A program made the translations under genes and the position numbers. A stretch of DNA of 64,000 nt from Eledone cirrhosa (Eukaryota): contig OZ024742.1 in NCBI GenBank assembly GCA_964016885.1, positions 22,196,001-22,260,000 of the forward strand. The letters run 5' to 3'. Positions within the stretch are counted from its first letter, which is position 1; each line of letters starts with the position of its first letter. Below are positions 1 to 13,299 of the stretch, piece by piece. The notes beneath the pieces were generated by a model that saw only the letters and a program-made list of their open reading frames with translations, had not been told where the DNA came from and did no database searches.

Positions 1-205
1 CTTCTACGTTAAATGTCTTTATCTGTTCTTCTTTACTGTCGTAGGCGTTGAGTAAAATATCTTTAAATCTGTTACTGGTTGAGGGGACTTTCAGCTTCCA
101 GATCTTTCTTCTCCAGGTTGGCCTCTGTTTCAGGGCTCGTCTAGTTCTGACCGTGAGGTCGCTGACAACTAAGCTATGTTGGGATGTACATTCCTCACTA
201 GGGAA
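1..205 (-). mobile_element. RTE LINE fragment (end of APE endonuclease and linker)
   Basis: Minus strand translates to PSEECTSQHSLVVSDL...RRKIWKLK, homologous to 14297-14510 of the long RTE copy. Confidence 0.85.
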
Positions 206-243
206 TATATATATATATATTTATATATATATATATACATTTA

Positions 244-280
<37 letters not shown>

Positions 281-281
<1 letters not shown>

Positions 282-502
282 CGATATTAATAAATGGAAA
301 CTATATTTATAAAACCATATTTATTTCATTATACATATTTCAAAGATACCTGAAATATGTATAATGAAATAAATATGGTTTTATAAATATAGTTTCCATT
401 TATTAATATCGTATATCTACTCCAAAAATGTGTCGAGTGCTTTATATCAGTTATAAAAATATTTACTTGTTGTATCCCAACAACTTTAAATAGAACTTTT
501 GC
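281..502 (+). mobile_element. Fold-back pLTR-like element, family A (62-bp perfect arms plus tail)
   Basis: 281-342 is the exact reverse complement of 351-412, with loop AAGATACC. Homologous to 9311-9891 and 47700-48375. Confidence 0.8.
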
Positions 503-510
503 ATATATAT

Positions 511-1146
<636 letters not shown>

Positions 1147-1363
1147 CACACACATTCATACACCAAGCCAAAACTCGGTTCAGTATTAACATGACATGAC
1201 CACCTGAGCTAGCAGGGTTCACAACAAGATAACTTGTCTAATCCATGCCAGCATGGAAAAATAGATGTTAAATGGTGATGGTGATGATACACACACACAC
1301 ACACACACATACATATATATATATCCAGGGAGTGTAACTCGTTTTTCCATTACCATTGTAAGG

Positions 1364-1453
1364 GGTCTGACGAGCCACAGCGCATATTACAGAGTCGGGA
1401 TAGATCGATACAGATCTAACCTTGAGGTGATCAGTGGCGAAACGCGCATCACC
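1364..1453 (+). ncRNA. Type I hammerhead ribozyme with long stem II (family B)
   Basis: GGT-CTGACGA-GCCAC...GTGGC-GAAA-CGCGCA-TC-ACC. The second copy at 35726 has a stem II with paired substitutions. Confidence 0.75.
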
Positions 1454-1639
1454 AACCAATAAATGTAATGAAGGAGTAACCACTCATCCTTGTTATTTTA
1501 TTTCACTACAGATATATATATATATCATCATACTGGTTTCATTATCATCATCATCAATTTATATCTGCTTTTCAAGCTGGGAACATACTAGTCTCTGATA
1601 ACTCTTTACATTTACTCTTTGTGTTGCAGGTCCTGTACA

Positions 1640-2210
1640 GGAGGAGGAAGGGTCTTTTATATTATGGTATGTCACCAGTCAACTTGGTCTTGTGTCATAT
1701 CATTTGTAAGGTTTAATTTGTTGAAATAATTCTTTACAGTTTTGTCCCATGTCTTCCTAGTTCTTCGCTTTTCCCACAGATCCAATACCAACTATTTTAA
1801 ATGTTCAGCACTCTTTAACACAATTCTCGCCATTGCTCTCCTTACTCATCACATGACCATGACTCTTTAGTTATCTATCTTGTTCACTAGATTCAGTTCT
1901 TCCTATATTCAGGTTTTTCTCTCAGCTCACTTGAGCTGATCTGTAGCTAATGTACATTAACTCCCATGTTACCACAGACTTGACTAGGGTTTAGCAATCA
2001 TGGCACATACCATGGGCACCCCTTGAAGCTGTAGTACCACTTGAAATAGGAGAACTTTCTATTAAAGTCAGATAAGTTATCATCAGAGAGTGAATATAGA
2101 AACTTCTTCAGATATATGATCTGTTTAGGATTATCATGGGTGAGAAGTACCGTGATGGCTGCATCAGTAAAAACTAGGAAGACACAACTGTAATTTTCAT
2201 CTAACACCTG
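1640..2210 (-). mobile_element. Degenerate RTE RT C-terminal fragment
   Basis: Decayed similarity to the FRYLGD...LYxAC...HGSETW...WYGHV...GRPRKTW segment. Confidence 0.6.
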
Positions 2211-2350
2211 TGGACATACTTACAAAATCAGAGAACAGTACAGTCCCATGACTATCAGAAACATTTTTTAATGTTCAGAGTTGCTGAAGATAGAATAAAC
2301 CACCTGCATCAGTTGTTAGCTGTTGGGAGACTACACCCTCAAAATTGCAA

Positions 2351-2552
2351 TGCTTCCTGAAATTCGCCAACACTACACCTGATATTTCCCCTCCTTTTCC
2401 ACACATGCATGTGTGTGTGTGTCTGTGTGTATATCATGACTCATATACTGTTCACTTTCCTGACTTTTCTATATTATTCTATGTACTATACATGTACCTT
2501 TGGTGAGTTGTAGTGCACCTGAGCACTGTACACAATAATTTTCATAATTATT
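2351..2552 (+). repeat. Dispersed repeat, probable LINE 3' end (also 3307-3495, 6213-6345 minus, 36080-36135 minus)
   Basis: All copies share GTAGTGCACCTGAGCACT/ATGTACACAATAATTT followed by an (ATT)/(AT) tail; three also share TTCGCCAACAC upstream. Confidence 0.7.
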
Positions 2553-3723
2553 ATATATTGTTTTTCAATTTAAAAAATCAACACAATTGGTATTTTTGAG
2601 CTGATTTTATGGTTACATGAGAGACTTGTGTCAGACACTAGAGAAGGGACACAATTTCACTGCTTGCCACAGGCACTATTTTCTCTAGTTACACCTTGGT
2701 ATGTTACACTATAATAACATATACAATACTCCATATTTATATAAAAATTTCATGAAAACTCTCCAAGATGTAAAATTAACTTCAAAAATATTCTAAGCTG
2801 CTAGAAATATACCAACATCTCCAGTATTCTTATAAATTACCATTAATCTGAAAACAAACTGGAAATATGATGAGAAAAGACCAGTGATGAAGAAGACAAA
2901 ATATTTTTTTATTTATAGCAATAGATTTACTTAACTGAATAGCTTTTTTTTTAAAAAGTTATTATATGTATTTTTACTTTTATTTTGGAATGTTATTTTT
3001 TTAATCTTTTCTAAAGAATTGGCACCAGACAGTCCATTTAATCAATTCCTTATTAAATATAAAACTCAGCACATCGTCTTCTCATGACTTTCCTCACTAC
3101 TGACTTCAGACTAAAGTTTGTCATTCAAATGAACAAACAGCTTCTTCTATAGATAAATGTATACCAAAATACTGTCTGTGACTTATTCCTGGAATCAGTA
3201 TCAATTCTCCAAACACACGTTGACAGCATCATCCATACAAAAATAGGAAACTCTATTATCATAATTTGCAAGTTCAAATGAAGGTCATGTTAGCTTTGTC
3301 CCTCCATGCTTCCTGAAATTCGCCAACACTACACCTGGTATTCCCCCTCCATACACACACACGCGTGTGTGTCTGTGTATATCATGACACATACACTGTT
3401 CACTTTCCTGACATTTGTACATTATTCTATGTACTACACATGCACCTTTGATGAGTTGTAGTGCACCTGAGCAATGTACACAATAATTTTCATCATATAT
3501 TGTATGAGTGTTCTAGTTGGTTCCGCAGCAGAAAAGCTTACTAATTAAATTAACATCTAAGTGACTGGGTATTCCACCAGGCATGTGTACTTTTAACATA
3601 ATTCTCAGGGAGATTCAGCATGACACAGTGTGTGTGTGTGTGTGCTGAAGGTAACCTTATGAATTACAGGTACATTCCCTCTGGCTGACTCTCAAACATC
3701 ATTATCATTATGTTAATAATTGT

Positions 3724-3820
3724 TGGTGAATTGGCAGTATCGGTAGAGGGTCAGACGCCATGCTTTGCAGCACAGTTACGTCCCTTTACGGACTGAGTTC
3801 AAATCCCGCCGAGGTGAACT
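3724..3820 (+). mobile_element. tRNA-derived SINE family 2, truncated
   Basis: TGGCAGTATCGG...GAGTTCAAATCCCGCCGAGGT. Fuller copies are at 35872 and 46395. Confidence 0.75.
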
Positions 3821-4498
3821 GTGTAAGTGATGTTGGTGATGATGGTGATGATGATGATTGTTTTAGTGTTGTTATTGCTGCTGGTCAGAATAATGATGAT
3901 GGAGAGTTTGTTGTTGTGGTGATGGTGTTGGTGGTTGTGGTGGTTATGATGACAATAAGGATAATGGTGATGTTGATGATGGTTTGTGGTGGCGGTGGTA
4001 ATGATGATGATGATGATTTTAGTGTTGCTGTTACTGCTAAGAATAATGATGATGATGATGATGGTGATAAAGTGCAGGTGAATCTTTACAGAAATGACTG
4101 AAAATGTTTCCAAGATATATTTGAACAGCAAATGAAAAAAAAAAAAAAAATTCAAATTTCAATATATATTTTTCTGAGGAATTTCAATTAAAATGTCAGT
4201 ATTGGTTTGGGGAAGGATATCTAAGTATTTATTACATAAATTGGAATTTCAAACTAACAGAAAATATACACGAAGCCTCAGTGGAACAATAAAAAAAAGG
4301 GAGATAACTTGTTTATATACTATGTCAGAACTGTAATTAACCCCCTCATCATATTTCTAATGAAAAACACTGCTTGTGGTTGTCAGACAATTTTGAAAAC
4401 TTTATTTACAATTGTATAAATAACATTACAAATTTGGGTGTGGTTACCTCTTAACATCCTGCAATGATTTACTTCTTGTCATCGCTGGTGGCTCGCCA

Positions 4499-4915
4499 TA
4501 CTGAGGTGTCAGGTGATGCCAGTGATAGTGCCAGGTTATCTCAGCACCTTAGCCTCGCCATCACCTGTAGTAATGTTGCGAGCATGTTGGCTTGCCTCAA
4601 AGTGTTTGACCCTTATGATGTGCTAACGACTGTCGCCTTATTGAGGTATTAGGTGATGCCAGTGAGGGTTCCTGGTTGTTTCAGCACCTTAGCCTCGCCA
4701 TCACCTGTAGTAATGTTGCGAGCATGTTGGCTTGCTTCAAAGTGTTTGACCCTTATGATGTGCGAACGACTGTCACCTTACTGAGGTGTCAGGTATGATG
4801 CCAGTAAGAGTACTTGGTTATTTCAGCGCCTTAGCCACACCATCACTTGTGGTAATGTTGCGAGTGTGTTGGCTTGCCTCAAATTGTTCCATTGACCCTT
4901 ATGATGTCGCCTGAT
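4499..4915 (+). repeat. Tandem repeat, about 140-bp unit x3
   Basis: TA(C/T)TGAGGT...GATGCCAGT...TTGACCCTTATGATGT recurs at about 4499, 4640 and 4779. Confidence 0.9.
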
Positions 4916-5778
4916 TGTCGTACTTGGTGGTGAATTAATGGTCGTTTTCGTTTTTGTTTCCCCTTTTTGTGTATCATATTTGATATATTTTTGTGTACTA
5001 TATTTGTGAGGTTCCTAGCAATACTTAACTGTATATTTTGTGTGTGTTTATATTTTCATTCTGTAAAGATTTGTAATATTTATACAACTGTGAATAATAA
5101 AAGTTCCCATGTTTACATAAAATTTTAGTAGAAAACATTAAAAAAAAAAGGTTTGTTAATTCAACCGTTTATAATATCTTTACTAGTGGACAGGTTTGGG
5201 GGATTCTTTTTAATGTAATGTAGTCAGAGTGATGTTTTCTACTTTTCAAGAGAGTCTTGCTAATGTAGTCCAAGGTTTTGCAACTGTCGATGTGTGGAGA
5301 ACTTCAACTTTATTCTTTAGCTCAAAATAATGAAACATACATTATGTTTGTCTACACAGATATCGATGAACTTACTTTACTATAAACTACTGTTAAGTTC
5401 TTTCGTTTGGTTTACGGTCCCTATCATTCAGTTTGAAATAAAAATATAATGTATAGAGTAGGGGAAATAACTCATGCATGTTACATTTATTTAAACAGCT
5501 GTTAACTCTTTTGTTACCTCCATATTTCTAATGAAAGACACCGTCTGACTTTCAAATAATTTCGAACGTAATCAGAATTTAAAAGGGATTAAGTAATATA
5601 ACTAACTTTGAAGTTTCAGGTGGCTTGATATGGGAAGATTTATAAGGAAAAACAGTAGAAAAGAGCCACAAGAAACGATAAGAAGTAGAGAGTTAATTAA
5701 ATAAAGGTAGGGCATAAAATATTGTCCAGGTATAAAAGATTAAAGAAATGTTTCTAGAAATTATTCAGTAAAGTTTAA

Positions 5779-5934
5779 CCCTTTAGCATTTAAACCGGCC
5801 ATATCCACGCAGAATTCTCTCACCTCTTTCTGTTCAAACTGGTCGTAACTTGCTACTCATACTGATGTTAAGGTATTGTTCTCAAAATAAATAATATCAA
5901 AAATACAATAGTATGTATAGAATAATGCAAAGGG
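5779..5934. mobile_element. piggyBac-like MITE
   Basis: TTAA|CCCTTTAGCATT ... AATGCAAAGGG|TTAA: terminal inverted repeats with a TTAA target duplication. Confidence 0.7.
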
Positions 5935-6146
5935 TTAAGGAATTCCATAAATAGAGATAATGAAATTGTCCACCACCACCACCGACGCTGTTGTCATCAT
6001 CATCATTTAATGTCTGTTTTGCCTACTAGCAAGGGTTGTACGAATTACTATAGTCCAATGGCTACTGGCAGTTAGAGGGCACAGGTGAAACAGAGCAGAG
6101 AAAAGATAGAAATTGAAAAATAGAGGAGAGTGGGCAGTTACAGAAA

Positions 6147-6204
<58 letters not shown>

Positions 6205-6345
6205 ATAAAAATAATGAAATTATTGTGTAAAGTGCTCAGGTGCACTACACCTCATCAAAGGTGCATGTATAGTACATAAAATAATATACAAATGTCGAGG
6301 AAGTGAATAGTGTATGGAGGGGGAACATTAGGTGAAGTGTTGGCG

Positions 6346-6690
6346 AAGCTCAGCTCTCACCACTTGCAGCAAGTTCTTCCTTGGTCTTCCTCTTCTGTGG
6401 CTTCTTTCCACTTGGATTACTTGGGATTTCTTTACCCAACTATCATCATCCATACACATGCCCATACCAATTCAGTCTCCTCTCTTGTACACTACTTCTG
6501 ATTCCTCTTATACTCAGTTTCTCCCTCAGTTTATCCATGTTTTATCAATCTCACACATTTTACATGGCACAACCATCAAAACCTGCTTGCTTCATATCTC
6601 TCCAGCCCCCACATATCCTCACTGTTCACTGCTTATATTTCACAACCATGCAGCATGGTACTTCACACAGAGGCGTCATACAGCTAACCT
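6346..6690 (-). mobile_element. Degenerate RTE 3' ORF fragment
   Basis: Homologous to 12230-12530 (WYGHV, GRPRKT and LRWM-like motifs on the minus strand). Confidence 0.65.
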
Positions 6691-7214
6691 GTATATATAT
6701 GAATATAGTAAATTGTGGTGAGTTTGTCAATCAAAGAGCTGATGTCAGCATTTCAGAGTGTATAAAACTTGCTATATGAGACAATTTGGAACTAAATATA
6801 TGCTTTTCATCTACTACAGTATATATATAACACATATAACACATCGTTCTAAAATAAAAAATATATATTTAACATATTTATATCACATATATTAATATGA
6901 ATAATTTTATATTATACATATTACCCCCTCCCCCATATATATCTATATATATATATGGATGTGTTACATTATATTTATATTTATTTATATTTTATATATA
7001 TTTCCATTTATATATGTATATTTATATTATATATATATTTTCATTTATATATGTATATTTATATATGTCTCACTCTCTCTCCCTCTTTATATATATGTGT
7101 GTATATATATACATATATATATATACATACAAATAGTCATTTATATATATATATACATATATACATACATATATTTATTTAGTATATACATATATTCATT
7201 TATGTATATATATG

Positions 7215-7298
<84 letters not shown>

Positions 7299-7729
7299 AT
7301 ATACTTTTAGTATATTTATTTCAAACAATAAAAGGAGAGTTTATCAAAGAACATTTTTTGTTGTTTTAAATGATACAATTGCTCTCAGTATTTGAGGAAC
7401 CATCAGTATATATCTGTTTCAGTATACACTCACAGTATACACACATACATATATACTCAGCCACACTAACACTTGCACACACACACACATATATACACAC
7501 ACACATGCACACCCACAGAAAACATATATACACGCATACTCAAACAGACGCAAACCCACGCATACCCCCACCACCACCACACAGAGTCAGACATGCACAT
7601 ATAGGCACCTCAAACACGTGTGTGTGTATATATATATATGTATATATGTATATATACACATATATGTGTGTGTGTGTTTATAGGTATGTATATATGTTTG
7701 AGAGTGTGTGTGTGTGAGTATGAGTGAGT

Positions 7730-8970
<1,241 letters not shown>

Positions 8971-9310
8971 AATACCGTATTTTTTATTAAATTCTGCCAT
9001 TCAGCTGTGATAGATGCAGTCATTTGATGTTGTTTGGGAACTGTTTTGATGTGAGACTTTTGGTGTTGTCTCGATAGACGCAACATATATACTATGTTTA
9101 CTATATATATACATAGATATATACATACACACACACATTAACATTACATACATATATATGTGCGTGTATGTGTACATGTATATATATATCTATATGTATA
9201 TACACATGCACACACTTTATATCTGTGTGTGTGGGTCTATATATGTGCATGTTTGTGTACATATGTGTGTGCATGTCTGCATTTCTGTCTCTCTCTCTAT
9301 ATATATATAA

Positions 9311-9886
9311 GTGGAAGGGATATTTAATTTGTTGGAAATTCCGCAAATATAAATGTTTATAACTGATTCAGAGCACTCGTCAGTTTTCTTGAGTAAATAT
9401 TCAATGATATTAAATAAATGGAAACTATATTTATAAAACCATATTTATTCTATTGTATATATTTCAAGGGTACCAAAAACTTTGGTACGCTTTCATCAGA
9501 TAAAATATAAAGAGTGTTTTATAAATTTTGACATAGCCAAGGAAATCATACTTTATCAGTTGAATATTCCTTGGGTAGTGAGATTATAGAACAGATTTTT
9601 CAAACTTAAGCAAATGAATAACAAGACCATGGCATCATATTCATTTGCATAATCATATTCATTTGCATAAAATCCATGTTTGAAAAATCCGTTCTATAAT
9701 CTCACTACCCAAGTAATATTCAACTGATAAGGTATGTTTTCCTTGGCTATGTCAACATTTATAAAACACTCTTTGTATTTTATCTGATGAAAGCGTACCA
9801 AAGCTTTTGGTACCCTTGAAATATATACAATAGAATAAATAAGGTTTTATAAATATAGTTTCCATTTATTTAATATCATTTAATAT

Positions 9887-9891
<5 letters not shown>
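9311..9891. mobile_element. Fold-back pLTR-like element, family A (203-bp arms, HHR-like core)
   Basis: 9403-9605 is inverted at 9678-9880 with a few mismatches. CTGATGA-AAGCGTACCA..TGGTACCCTT-GAAATATATA at 9784-9827. Flanked by TA. Confidence 0.85.
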
Positions 9892-9945
<54 letters not shown>

Positions 9946-9948
<3 letters not shown>

Positions 9949-10218
9949 ATAATAATACATTTGAAGACTAAAATCCAAAGAGGGCTCGATAAGGATAATA
10001 TTGGTAAACGGAAAAGAAAATGCTGACAAATTGTTCACAGTGAAAAATAGTTTAATTAGGAAAAAGTGAGAATTAGTAATAGTATTGGTTAGTATTCAGT
10101 TTTGGTTTTAAGTTTTACCAGTTGCGCATTTCTAATGCTTTTCAAAAATAATTTTGAGATAGAGCGTCCGTGATGTTTGCTCTAATCTAATTAGAGCAAA
10201 CATCACGGACGCTCTCTC
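9946..10218 (-). mobile_element. pLTR-like fragment with degenerate U3/A8 HHR and terminal 25-bp hairpin (family C)
   Basis: Minus strand TTGAAAA-GCATT-aga-AATGC-GCAACTGGTA (10112-10149). Perfect inverted repeat 10161-10185/10191-10215. Confidence 0.6.
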
Positions 10219-10659
10219 TATATATATACATATATATATATATATGTATAGATATATATATACACACATACTATAAATGGAAATTAGCGATATAGAGAGA
10301 CCATAAAGATAGCAGTTGTTTTCATAGTTTAAGCCTTAAAATACATCTCCTACATGCTTTAAGTACATGTAAACTCATTAAAACACACTTTTGTATTTAA
10401 ACACCAAAAACAGCCCGTAATGATCGTATAGAAACTACCACCAACCATCGTATGACTAGTTACCAATGAGGACCATTGCCAGCCACGGTAGCCACTTGGT
10501 TATACACTGTACATCTCCCGTCAATCTATGAAGGGTTTGTAGAGGATTAGAGAAAAACACAATCAGTTAAAGCCTTAAGATGTCCCTTCCTTACGCTATA
10601 CACTTCAATCACATCGAAACTTATTAAATAAGTTTAAAATTTAAACATTTTTTATTCAG

Positions 10660-10816
10660 ACGTACGTACCGCGATAAGAACATAGATATTTTCTAACGAA
10701 AAATCCGTGCTGTATCGAGGATTACCGCGATAAGAAATTAGATACATTCCAAAGAAAAATGCGCGATGTAGCGGGACTGCGAAAAGTGAACCGCGATATA
10801 GCGGGGGTTTACTGTA
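10660..10816. mobile_element. Tc1/mariner-pogo-like DNA transposon right end
   Basis: Ends CCGCGATATAGCGGGGGTTTACTG|TA. Subterminal repeat TACCGCGATAAGAA occurs twice. No left end was found. Confidence 0.55.
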
Positions 10817-10840
10817 CTGTATATATATGTGTGTGTGTGT

Positions 10841-11269
10841 AAATCCCTAAAACTCGAGAAGTACCCAACCGATTCTTTTCAAACTTTACATGTGTATTAC
10901 TTATGTTTCAGGGAGTGTTATGCACATAAAAATTCAACCTTTTGATCTCCTAGGGCCTGCATTAAGTAAAAAACTGCGTTTTTTCAGCTTTTTAGGGGTT
11001 TTTCGAGGCGTTACATCAGACTGATTTCCTTGAAATTGTAACTATGTATTAGTCAGTCTCTTCTTCATACCGTGAGCAAAGAAAATCCAACTTTTTTATG
11101 GCCTAGGGCCCGCATTAGGTGAAAAACTTCATTTTTTCAGCTTTTTAGGGCTCTTTTCGGTTTATTTTCTTTACATATTGTCCAGGCATGCAGTTTTTCC
11201 ACGATTAGGTCTGTTGGCGGCCTGCGTTCCAAAATACCCTATCCCATGCACGCCGGGTACCACTGCTAG
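10841..11269 (+). mobile_element. Non-autonomous Helitron-like element
   Basis: 3' end CCCATGCACGCCGGGTACCACTG-CTAG|T. Internal duplicated unit CCTAGGGCC(T/C)GCATTA...TTTTTTCAGCTTTTTAGGG. Confidence 0.65.
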
Positions 11270-11455
11270 TATATATATATATAACACTCTATATGTGTAT
11301 ATACGTGTATAGATATATGGGTCTACACGTGTGTGCAGTGTGAGTCTGATGTGAGTCAATAAACTTTGCAGTGTGAGTCTGATGTATAGACTCAATAAAC
11401 TTTCCAGCTTTGAATTCTTTATATCATATACAATGCTTCAAGTAAACTACAAATT

Positions 11456-11533
<78 letters not shown>

Positions 11534-11659
11534 GTGAGATTTACAAAATGAAAAATAACTGAGGTGTCCTACACGACTGAAAGTATAAAGAAAAAAAGAT
11601 GAAATCGAAAATGCAACTGGAGTCTTATTTTAAAAAAAATATATATATTTATTTGGTTC

Positions 11660-11695
11660 CTTTACCGGTTTCGCAGTTCTTCTGCTTTTCAAAAG
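11660..11695 (-). ncRNA. Minimal type I HHR, U3/A8 variant (family C)
   Basis: Minus strand CTT-TTGAAAA-GCAG-aagaa-CTGC-GAA-ACCGGT-A-AAG, with a palindromic stem III. Confidence 0.7.
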
Positions 11696-11799
11696 TAGAG
11701 TTGAGATGGAGGGTCTGTGGTTTTTCTCACATATATATATATATAGGGAATATATATATATATATATATAGGGTATATATATATAGGGAATATATATGT

Positions 11800-13272
11800 A
11801 TCATCATCATCATCATCATCACCGTTTTACGTCCGTTCTTCCATGCTAGCATGGGTTAGATGGGTTGTTCTGTTGTGGGCAGTGTCTGGTCGGCTGACCA
11901 TGCCTTGCTCATACAGGAACTGATTTGGCTTGATTTGTACAGCTGGATGCCCTTCCTAACACCAACCTCATTTACAGTGAGTGCTGGGTGCTTTTTCCGT
12001 GGCGCCTACACATCCACTTTACAGTGTGGACTGGGTGCTTTTTTGCCGTGGCACCTCCACGACCACCTTGCAGTGGGAGGGTGTGGGGCATATTGTCTAT
12101 ATGCTTCAGCTTGTACCCATGGGAGGTCGGGTACTCTGTATTACTGCGTGACGCCACAGGTCACGGTCGTGTGTCACCGCCTTTGAGAGGTGTAATTGGG
12201 TAAGGTCGGCTTTTATCACCTCATCCTAGGTCTTCTTGGGTCTCCCCACTCCACGGTCTCCATTGACTTTTTATGCAGTTGTCATCCTTCATACGCATCA
12301 CATGTCCATACCAACGCAACCACCTCTCCTGCACACATCATTTGATTCCTCTTATGCTCAGTCTCTCTCTCAATTCATTTATGCTTTGTCGTTCGAGTAT
12401 ATTACTATTACACATCCATCGGAGCATGCAGGCTTCATTTCTTTCTAATCTACGTAAGTCTTCCACCTTCAGCGCCCAGGTCTCACTACCATGTAACATT
12501 GCTGTTCGGATACACGCATCATACAGTCTGCCTTTAATTTTGAGGGAGAAGCCTTTTGCAGCTAGCAGTGGCAGTAGTTCCCTGAATTTCTTCCATCCCG
12601 TTCTTACCCTAGTTATTGTACTTCCTGAACACCCACCTCCGCTACTAATTCGGTCACCTAGGTAGCAGAAGCTATCTACTGTTTCTACAGAGCCCTCCCA
12701 GAGATTGGTGGTACTTGTTTCCTGTGGCTGTTTGCTGCTTACTGTCCCAGCACAGCTGCTGCATGTGAAGCCTACATTCTTAATTAGGGTTCCTGAGATC
12801 ACGCTACATCTCTTGTGTACCCATTGTTTGCATTTGGGGCAGAGAATGGAGTTCCTACCTACACCTTTCCTACATACTGAGCAAGGCCATTTCCCTGAGG
12901 AGATCTGGGTTCTGTTTTCTCGTCTACTTACAAGGACCTTAGTCTTTGTCATGTTGACTTTGAGACCCTTTCTTTCTAGTCCCTGCTTGGAATTTCTTCT
13001 CTAGTTCTACCATAGATTCAGCTATAAGTGCGAGGTCATCAACATACAGGAGTTCCCATGGGCATCCGGTCTTAAACTCCTCCGTTATTGCCTGCAGGAC
13101 TATGATGAACAGGAGAGGGCTAAGAACAGAGCCCTGGTGGACACCAACCTGTATGCTAAATTCCTCGCTATACTCATTGTTAATCCTAACTTTGCTGACT
13201 GCTCCCCTATACATGGCTTGTACAGCTTTCACAAGCCATTCATCTACTCCTAGTTTTCTAAGAGCCAACCAG
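11800..13272 (-). mobile_element. 5'-truncated RTE LINE (RT, 3'UTR, (GAT)n tail)
   Basis: ORFs 12939-13268 (GVHQGSVLSP, YVDD) and 12338-12952 (PHD-like finger, YLG, HGSETW). Confidence 0.95.
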
Positions 13273-13299
13273 AGGGAACATATATATATATATATATAT

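Noticed and set aside
9372-9390. Second CTGACGA on the minus strand in the family A tail
   Set aside because: Not conserved in the copies at 430 and 48300, and no valid stem II/GAAA.
9403-9880. A-to-G editing imprint between palindrome arms
   Set aside because: The mismatches are mixed transitions and transversions with no directional bias.
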